Assembly (NCBI GenBank): GCA_043810925.1
Contig: JBDRNT010000116.1
Span: 1-12,679, forward strand
Direction of reading: 5' to 3'
Origin: Candidatus Eiseniibacteriota bacterium
GTDB lineage: Bacteria > Arandabacterota > Arandabacteria > Arandabacterales > Arandabacteraceae
Length of the DNA: 12,679 bases
Position 1 is the stretch's first letter; each line of letters begins with the position of its first letter. The notes beneath the pieces are model-generated. The model searched no databases. It was not told the DNA's origin and worked only from the letters and a program-made list of their open reading frames with translations. The position numbers and the translations under genes are program-made. Below, piece by piece: positions 5,709 to 12,679 of this stretch.

Positions 5709-7555
5709 AAACAAACTCCAAACATATACGGTGGTTCTGGAAGTATTACCGCAACCACAAAAGGGCGCTGACCGTCCTTCTGACGGTGTCGTTTCTGTCG
5801 AGTGCGATTCTGGTAGTACAGCCGATCCTGCTTAAGAACATATTCGACCTGCTTCAGTCAGGGGAGACCCGACCGACCAGGCTGCCCTTTATGAATGAAT
5901 GGATTGAGGGCGTGACAGGCGGTGAGATCACCAACTATGTGATCCTGCTGATCATCTTCGGGCTGGCGGGATTCGTGGTGAGATCGTTTCTGGTAGGACA
6001 TCGTGCCTACCTAAATATAAGGTTCGAGCGCGAGTTCAGACAGGCGGCGTTTGACGGCGTTATCGGGAAAGGACCGGATTTCTTCAACCGGTTCGGCACC
6101 GGCGATCTTGTAACCAGGATGACCGACGACGTGTCGGAGGACAAACTCGCGTGGTTTGCGTGCAGTGGCATCTTCCGGTTCTACGAGTCGCTTACGGTGA
6201 TCGCTTTCAGCCTGGTGATGATGCTCTCGATCAACCCGGTGCTGACGGCCTGGACGGCGGGGCCCCTCCCGATATTGATCCTCATCTACATGAGGAGTTC
6301 GTCGCTTCTTGACCGGAGATTCGATTTCCTCCAGAAGAAGATATCGATCGTAAACGACACGATGGAAGCGTGTTTCTCGGGCATCCGGGTGATCAAGGCA
6401 TACGTCCGTGAGAAGGACCAGAAACAGCGGTTCGCCGACGCAACAGAGGGTCGCAGGCAGGCGGAGATCGCAGCCGTGAGAACCCACACTGTGATCGAGT
6501 CCTTGTGGATGTATATCTGGCAGCTGGGAATCGTGATAGTGCTGCTGGCAGGCGGGTATTACGTCATCAACGGGAGGCTCTCGATCGGTGAGTTCATCGC
6601 GTTTGACTCCTACGTGTTGTTCCTGATCGTGCCGATGTTTGATGCAGGCAACTTCCTTGTAAGAGGACTGAGGGCGCTTGTATCAGTCAAGCGTCTGGCG
6701 GAGCTCGAAGAACATCCCGCGATGATCAACGCGGAAGAGACTCGACGGGGAGTCTCGACCAGGGCGAAGGGGCACGTGGAATTCGATGGTGTATCGTTCC
6801 GCTTCCCGGGTCACGACAGAGATATCCTGAGTGATGTCTCATTCGCCGTCGAGCCGGGCCGCCGGATTGCTCTCGTGGGTCGTGTGGGATCGGGCAAGAG
6901 CTGGGTCGTACGGATGATCCCGCGACTGGTAGACCCCACAGGAGGCAGTATACGCATAGATGGTACCTGCCTCAGGGAGTATGATATACATGCCATCAGA
7001 CAGCAGATCGGGTACGTACCCCAGGAGCCGATCCTGTTCTCGGACACGATCGAAAACAACATCAGGTTCGGGCGGGCAGACGTCACGGACGAGACTATTG
7101 ACTGGGCGATCGAGGTATCACAGTTGCGTGATGAACTCAATACCTTTCCCGAAGGAATCCGGACCAAGATCGGTGTTCGGGGTGTGTCGATCTCGGGCGG
7201 ACAGAAGCAGCGGGTCGCACTGGCCAGAGCGCTGGTCGGAAAACCCAGGATCCTGATTCTCGATGACTGCACGTCGGCGCTCGACGCGAGTACCGAAGCG
7301 GTTCTGTGGGACAGGCTGCACGAGGTCATGCCGGATCTCACGTGCTTCATAATCACGCATCGTCCGGCCACCCTCGAGCTCGCCGACAACATCATCGTAA
7401 TGGATGGCGGTAAGATCGTCGAAAGGGGCGACCATCCGGGCCTTATCGAGCAGGGCGGCATCTACCGGAAGCTCTATCACCGGATAATGCTTGAGGAAGA
7501 AATAGAGACCGGGGAACACTCCGAGTTCCGGAGCGACCCCGCTGAAGGCAACTAA
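5705..7555 (+). CDS. ABC exporter, fused TMD-NBD half-transporter (MdlA/BmrC-like subunit)
   Basis: TMD with TGDLVTRMTDD, Walker A GRVGSGKS, Q-loop VPQE, signature ISGGQKQR, degenerate Walker B LILDDCTS, H-switch THR. ATGA overlap with the upstream stop suggests translational coupling. Confidence 0.94.
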   Translation: MKTNSKHIRWFWKYYRNHKRALTVLLTVSFLSSAILVVQPILLKNIFDLLQSGETRPTRLPFMNEWIEGVTGGEITNYVILLIIFGLAGFVVRSFLVGHRAYLNIRFEREFRQAAFDGVIGKGPDFFNRFGTGDLVTRMTDDVSEDKLAWFACSGIFRFYESLTVIAFSLVMMLSINPVLTAWTAGPLPILILIYMRSSSLLDRRFDFLQKKISIVNDTMEACFSGIRVIKAYVREKDQKQRFADATEGRRQAEIAAVRTHTVIESLWMYIWQLGIVIVLLAGGYYVINGRLSIGEFIAFDSYVLFLIVPMFDAGNFLVRGLRALVSVKRLAELEEHPAMINAEETRRGVSTRAKGHVEFDGVSFRFPGHDRDILSDVSFAVEPGRRIALVGRVGSGKSWVVRMIPRLVDPTGGSIRIDGTCLREYDIHAIRQQIGYVPQEPILFSDTIENNIRFGRADVTDETIDWAIEVSQLRDELNTFPEGIRTKIGVRGVSISGGQKQRVALARALVGKPRILILDDCTSALDASTEAVLWDRLHEVMPDLTCFIITHRPATLELADNIIVMDGGKIVERGDHPGLIEQGGIYRKLYHRIMLEEEIETGEHSEFRSDPAEGN

Positions 7556-7691
7556 CCCGCAGGGTCATCGCGGGCATATTACTCACAGATGTGGGCTGGA
7601 ATTGGGTCTATGTAGTTGTGGTTTAAGGTATTATGTGGATGGTTCTTAAACCTGTTTAAGGATGGAGGCCATGAGGGTCCGAGGGATGTTC

Positions 7692-10600
7692 TTAGCTTCT
7701 GGCCGTGCGGATGACGCGGGCGGACCAGGCGCGGAGATCATCAAGAAGCACATAGATTGTCGGCAACACCAGGAGCGTGATCACAGTTGAGAAACCGAGT
7801 CCTCCAACGATTGCGCGCGCCATCGGAAAGTAGGGCGGCCCACCACCACCGATTTGCGTTGTAACGATACACAGCGGTACGAGACTCAGGATCGTCGTAC
7901 CCGCAGTCATCAGAATCGGCCGGAGACGTGCTCCTCCCGCCTCGACGAGCGCCTCGTCCCGTTTCACGCCCTTGGCTCGAAGTTGATTCACGTAGTCAAT
8001 GAGCACGATACCGTTATTGACCACGACACCTATGAGAATCAAGATACCTATCATCGCCATGATGGTCATCGTGGTACCCGTGATCATGAAAAACCAGAAG
8101 ACACCCACTATCGCAAACAGGATTTGTGACCAGATAGCTGCGGGAAACAGAAGCGATTCAAAAAGAGAAGCCATCACGAAATAGATCAAGGCCAGCGCAA
8201 GAAGCAGGTTTACAAGCATCGTGTTGAAGGCCTCTTCCTCCCGGTCGAAGCTCTCCCCATAGTTCCAGGTGTACCCTGCGGGCATATCGAAATTCGCGAG
8301 TGCCTGCGCTATCTTGTCCTTGGCCTCACCCACTGTCAGACCGTCAAGGTTAGCAGTAACTCCGAGTGACGTTGTCCGGTTCTCGCGATGGATGCTCTGC
8401 GGCCCGCGACTGACCGAAAAATCCGCAAGTGACGCGAGCATGACCGGCTGGTTCTCTCCGTTGAAAAGCGGCAGATTCTGAAGGTGCTCGAGTGTCCGTC
8501 TGTCGCCTTCCTGGAATTCAAGCCGCATCGGCACTTCCCCGTCCTCGCTTTGAAACGGCCGCAAATTGATGCCTCTCATCGCCGCCGATACGACGTTGGC
8601 AATCTCCTGGGTCGAGAACCCATACTGCCGTGCACGATCCCGGTCGACCACCACGTGTACCTCTTCCTCGCCGACCTCGGCCTCGGAGCGAACATCGTCA
8701 AGACCGGGGACCCGTGACAGCACCCAGGCCACGTCGTGGGAGAGATCCACAAGCACCTCGCTGGACTTGCCCGTAAGCTGGACACGGACTGACTGTTCGT
8801 CACCGGTAGGATCACGATGATCGAAGGACGGATTCGCTATCGCCAGGCGGGGCAGACCCTCACGGATGGCATCGCGGATCTCATCCATCGACTTCGATGC
8901 CTCCTTTCCCTTCTTAAGAAGAATGGTCGACATCGCGTAGTTTCCCTGGTAGTAGCTGTAGACCGACTCGACGTCGAAGTCATCCTTATGCGAGAACAGA
9001 TAATCCTCGTATGTGTCCACGGCGTTTTCCACCTTCTCGACGGTGTAATGGCCGTTTATGTGGTAATGTAGCCTGATTCTGCGGTCCTCCGGTTCATCGA
9101 ACATATCCTTCTTCACAACCTGGAAAGGCAGCGCAACGCTTGCCAGGAGGACGATGACCAAACCGACTGTGGCTCGCCGGTGCCTGAGCGACCATTCAAG
9201 GAGACGCCGGTAGTGTCCCGTCAGGCGCCTGACTGCGGCACTCGACTGGTCCCTGCGCGGGGGCTTTACCCGCGATACAAGCAAGGGAACAATGGTCTGC
9301 GCCATGATGAGTGATGCACCAAGCGCAATTACCAGGCTGATCGCAACATGCTTAATATAGATCGCGATCTGATCATTTGCACTTACGATATTGGGCAGGA
9401 AGACGATTGCAGTCGTTAGTGTACCCGCCGTGATCGCAAGGGAAACCTCGCTGACTCCGAGAGGGATCGCTCTGGCAGGGGTGGGATCGACCAACTGATG
9501 GCGATGGATACTCTCTGTAACCACAACGGCATTGTCGACAAGCATGCCTACTGCCAGCATCAGTCCCATCATAGTGAGAATATTGAGAGAGACACCGATG
9601 AAATACATGAACGCCATGGCGATCAAAAGCGAGAATGGAACAGACATCACGACGATCAACGTGGTGACAAACCGGCGCAGGAAAAAGAACAGGAGGACCA
9701 TCGCCAGCAGTCCTCCCATAATGCCCGATTTCAAGAGCTCGTTTATCGAGCTCACAATCCCCTCGGCCATGTTATCCAGATAGAAGAGCCGTATGCCCGC
9801 CATCTCCGGAAGCCGGCTGATCTCGTCGATTTCGGCAATCACCAGTTCAGCGACTTCAACGGTGTTGGCTCCGGCCTCTTTAAAGACATCGAGCCCGATG
9901 GCATAGCGCCGGTCGAGATGACGACCATACGTCAGTTCGGGATTGTCGTAGGTGACATCGGCTATGTCGCTCAAACGAACACCCGCGGCCCCAACAACAA
10001 TGTTCCGGATCTCATCGACATCCTTAAGTTCGCCCACAGGCCGGACGACGAAACGGCTGTTGTTGTCGGTGATCTTTCCCGCGGTAACGAGGAAATTGCT
10101 GCGTCGAAGTTCCTCCACGAGGCCTCCGATGTCAACCCGGTGTGAGATGATCCTGTCGGCGGAGAGTCGGATCTGGATCTCTTTCTTTTCGACACCATAG
10201 AGATCGATCTTGGCAATGCCCTCGATGCGTTCCAGCCGCCGCTTGAGGTTGCGGTTGAGCATGTCGTAGGAGTCCGAAAGATCACGATCGCTTGAGATGC
10301 GGATCTGGAGCATTTCCATATCGGTCGTTGACCATTTGCGGACATGAAACCGCTCGAGATCGTCGGGGAACAGATGCCTTATGCCCTCCAGTTTCTCCCT
10401 GGCCTCGAGTGACTTGATATCGGTATTTATACCCCAGTCGAATTCTATCCCGATCCACGTACCGCTTTCCCACGTATTGGACTCCATTTTCTTGATTCCG
10501 CTTATCGTTGCAAGCACCTCTTCAGCCGGCCGCGTGATCCGCCGTTCGATCTCCTCGGGTGTCGAGCCGGGATAGGGAATCTCGATGCCGACATAGGGCA

Positions 10601-10724
10601 CGTCGATATCCGGCAGGAACTCAAGCGGCAGCATCTGGCTTGCGATCACTCCGATCACAATGAAGCAGGCAAACACCATGAAGGTGGTGACGGGTCGCCG
10701 GAGCGATGTGTTTGTAATATTCAT
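7692..10724 (-). CDS. RND efflux transporter permease, AcrB/AcrD/AcrF family
   Basis: 1010 aa. Motifs RRPVTT, YPGSTPEEIE, GMLVDNAVVVTE (TM4), MASLFES, GVVVNNGIVLID (TM10), RLRPILMT, PMARAIVGGL. Two large periplasmic loops. Confidence 0.95.
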   Translation of the reverse strand: MNITNTSLRRPVTTFMVFACFIVIGVIASQMLPLEFLPDIDVPYVGIEIPYPGSTPEEIERRITRPAEEVLATISGIKKMESNTWESGTWIGIEFDWGINTDIKSLEAREKLEGIRHLFPDDLERFHVRKWSTTDMEMLQIRISSDRDLSDSYDMLNRNLKRRLERIEGIAKIDLYGVEKKEIQIRLSADRIISHRVDIGGLVEELRRSNFLVTAGKITDNNSRFVVRPVGELKDVDEIRNIVVGAAGVRLSDIADVTYDNPELTYGRHLDRRYAIGLDVFKEAGANTVEVAELVIAEIDEISRLPEMAGIRLFYLDNMAEGIVSSINELLKSGIMGGLLAMVLLFFFLRRFVTTLIVVMSVPFSLLIAMAFMYFIGVSLNILTMMGLMLAVGMLVDNAVVVTESIHRHQLVDPTPARAIPLGVSEVSLAITAGTLTTAIVFLPNIVSANDQIAIYIKHVAISLVIALGASLIMAQTIVPLLVSRVKPPRRDQSSAAVRRLTGHYRRLLEWSLRHRRATVGLVIVLLASVALPFQVVKKDMFDEPEDRRIRLHYHINGHYTVEKVENAVDTYEDYLFSHKDDFDVESVYSYYQGNYAMSTILLKKGKEASKSMDEIRDAIREGLPRLAIANPSFDHRDPTGDEQSVRVQLTGKSSEVLVDLSHDVAWVLSRVPGLDDVRSEAEVGEEEVHVVVDRDRARQYGFSTQEIANVVSAAMRGINLRPFQSEDGEVPMRLEFQEGDRRTLEHLQNLPLFNGENQPVMLASLADFSVSRGPQSIHRENRTTSLGVTANLDGLTVGEAKDKIAQALANFDMPAGYTWNYGESFDREEEAFNTMLVNLLLALALIYFVMASLFESLLFPAAIWSQILFAIVGVFWFFMITGTTMTIMAMIGILILIGVVVNNGIVLIDYVNQLRAKGVKRDEALVEAGGARLRPILMTAGTTILSLVPLCIVTTQIGGGGPPYFPMARAIVGGLGFSTVITLLVLPTIYVLLDDLRAWSARVIRTARS

Positions 10725-10736
10725 GAGCCGGCTCCG

Positions 10737-12679
10737 CTAGCTCTTGCGGTCCACTACAGAGTAGACGACCGGGATTACAACGAGGGTCAGCAGTGTCGAC
10801 ACGGTCAACCCGCCGATCACGGTGATCGCCATCGGCGAGCGGATCTCGGACCCTTCGCCGAACCCGATGGCCAGTGGCAGGAGCCCCAGCGCCGTGGTGA
10901 TCGTCGTCATCAGAATCGGTCTCAGACGCAGGCGTCCGCCCTGCATAATCGCATCCATCTTGGCCATACCCTGTGCCCGAAGCTTGTTTATCAGATCTAT
11001 GAGCACAATGGCGTTATTGACAACGATGCCTGCTAGAAGAATCGCCCCTATGAATACAACGACACTTATAGTAGAGCCCGTGACGGCAAGTGCCAGTACG
11101 GCCCCGATCAACGCCAGCGGAATCGTAAGCAGTATCACAAACGGGTGGAGAAACGACTCAAACTGCGACGCCATGACGAGATAGACCAGGAAGACAGCAA
11201 GCAGAAGCGCAAACTGCATCGAGCCGAATGAAACCGCCATCTCCTCACTCTGCCCCGCGAGCCGCACACCGATCCCCGATGGAACCGGAACCCTGGCCAG
11301 GATACCGTTTATCTCCTCAGTCGCCGCTCCCAGGTCACCGTGGCGAAGATTGGCTGTAACCAGTGCGACACGCTCCTGGTCGATGCGCCGAATCTCGCCC
11401 GGTCCCGTGTCGACAACGATATCTGCAACGGCCTCGAGTGGAATCGGACGATCGCTCTCGGGATTGACTAGCAGGTTGCGTATGCGCTCGATCGAGTTGC
11501 GATCTTCCTCGCGGGCACGAACGAGGACGTCTATCTTCCGGTCATGCCAGGAATACCGGGTTGCGACCTCCCCGCGTACCTTATCCACGACACGATCGGC
11601 GATCTGATAGACCGGTAGGCCGAACGCGGCCGCGCGATCACGATCGAAACGAATCTGGATCTCGGGATGACCGCTCTCCATCGTGGTCTTGACATCCGCG
11701 AACCTCGAAGACGCCTCCAGACGGCGGGCAATGTCATCACTTACGCTCTTCAGGCGGTCGAGCTCGAAGCCTGCGATCTCGATCTCTACGGGTGTCCTGA
11801 AGGTGAAGAGTGTGGGTCTCGAGAACTTGTACTGGACCCCCGGCATCGAGGCAAGTTCACCGCGTAGGCTTGCCATAACATCTTCTTCATCATCCCTCGT
11901 AGAACCGGGTACAAGCACGACTGCAAGCTCTCCCCAGTTCTCCCCGCCCTGCTCCGGATTGGCATCCATGCGGTTTCCTGTACCCGCGACCGAGAAAGTC
12001 GTGGTAACCCTGTCCACCTTCCGGGCTGAGGCCTGTATGTCGGCGATCGCCCGGTCTGTAACGTCAAGCGGCGTGCCCGGTGGCAGGCGAAACTCCACAC
12101 TGAACTCTCCCTGTGAGAGCTGCGGTATGAGTTCAACACCGAGTATCGGTATGAGAAACACGGCGATCACAAACAGCCCAAAGGCTGTTGCCATAACCAC
12201 CCGTCTGTGTGCCAGAGCCCATTCGAGCAGTACCGGGTAGCGCTCCTCAAGCGTCCCGTAGACGCGCTGAAACGCGTTGAGACCCGGAGTCATGATCAGA
12301 AGCAAGAGCCGTGCGATCCCACGCGTGAGCCTCAAGATCAGCCTCGCCAGGAAAACAGGAACAGCCATGAAGACAAGGCCCCGGATCCGTCCGGCCATGC
12401 GCCGGAACTTCCCCGTGGGCTCCACCCCGGTTTTGGCCGGCGGCGGGTCGACTGCGGCGTCTTTGCGACTCTGCTGCGAAGCCAGCATGGGAATCAATGT
12501 AAGTGCAACCACCAGCGAGGCAAGCAGCGCGAACGTCACTGTGAGAGCCTGATCGCGGAAAAGTTGGCCGGCGATCCCCTTGACGAAGACCAGCGGAAAG
12601 AAGACGGCAATCGTGGTCAGGGTGGATGCGGTCACAGCCATCCCCACCTCGCTTGCCCCCTCCCGGGCAGCCGTGAGGG
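10737..12679 (-). CDS. RND efflux transporter permease, AcrB/AcrD/AcrF family (5'-truncated by the window edge)
   Basis: The frame stays open to the window end (LTAAREGASEVGMAVTASTLTT...), so 12647 is not the real start. Motifs GQLFRDQALTV, MASQFES, GIVVNNAIVLID, RLRPILMTT, PMAITVIGGL. It ends 12 nt before the next RND gene. Confidence 0.94.
   Translation of the reverse strand, partial: LTAAREGASEVGMAVTASTLTTIAVFFPLVFVKGIAGQLFRDQALTVTFALLASLVVALTLIPMLASQQSRKDAAVDPPPAKTGVEPTGKFRRMAGRIRGLVFMAVPVFLARLILRLTRGIARLLLLIMTPGLNAFQRVYGTLEERYPVLLEWALAHRRVVMATAFGLFVIAVFLIPILGVELIPQLSQGEFSVEFRLPPGTPLDVTDRAIADIQASARKVDRVTTTFSVAGTGNRMDANPEQGGENWGELAVVLVPGSTRDDEEDVMASLRGELASMPGVQYKFSRPTLFTFRTPVEIEIAGFELDRLKSVSDDIARRLEASSRFADVKTTMESGHPEIQIRFDRDRAAAFGLPVYQIADRVVDKVRGEVATRYSWHDRKIDVLVRAREEDRNSIERIRNLLVNPESDRPIPLEAVADIVVDTGPGEIRRIDQERVALVTANLRHGDLGAATEEINGILARVPVPSGIGVRLAGQSEEMAVSFGSMQFALLLAVFLVYLVMASQFESFLHPFVILLTIPLALIGAVLALAVTGSTISVVVFIGAILLAGIVVNNAIVLIDLINKLRAQGMAKMDAIMQGGRLRLRPILMTTITTALGLLPLAIGFGEGSEIRSPMAITVIGGLTVSTLLTLVVIPVVYSVVDRKS

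Noticed and set aside
7671-7790. Short plus-strand ORF after GGAGG-CC-ATG
   Set aside because: SD spacing is only 2 nt and the ORF is mostly antisense to the RND 3' end.
4247-12552. Numerous 60-216 aa alternative-frame and antisense ORFs inside the ABC and RND genes (and similarly within 146-3096)
   Set aside because: All are nested in well-supported genes, are expected in GC-rich DNA, and show no motifs or SD support.

Overview
GC-rich bacterial chromosomal window. From left to right it contains: (1) the 3' end of an IS630-family transposase, whose right end shares a CTAG palindrome with the stop codon of the convergent gene; (2) a secreted, Cys-rich protein with a C-terminal dockerin-like Ca-binding duplication (-); (3) a lipoprotein of the FGE-sulfatase (SUMF1/EgtB/PvdO) fold lacking the FGE catalytic cysteines (-), bracketed on both sides by related REP-like inverted-repeat elements; (4) NADP-type glutamate dehydrogenase gdhA (-); (5) a divergent promoter region carrying a 32-aa leader ORF that the ORF track misses, followed by a strong intrinsic terminator; (6) a heterodimeric ABC exporter pair (+); (7) two tandem AcrB-family RND genes (-), the upstream one cut by the window edge. 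The two strongest unannotated signals are a complete ribosome-dependent transcription-attenuator layout (promoter, SD, Ile/Val/Leu-rich leader peptide, antiterminator, terminator) in front of the ABC exporter, and a family of short DNA hairpins with a conserved 11-nt loop and covarying stems flanking the FGE-like gene. All calls come from reading motifs by eye; no database search or folding program was run.
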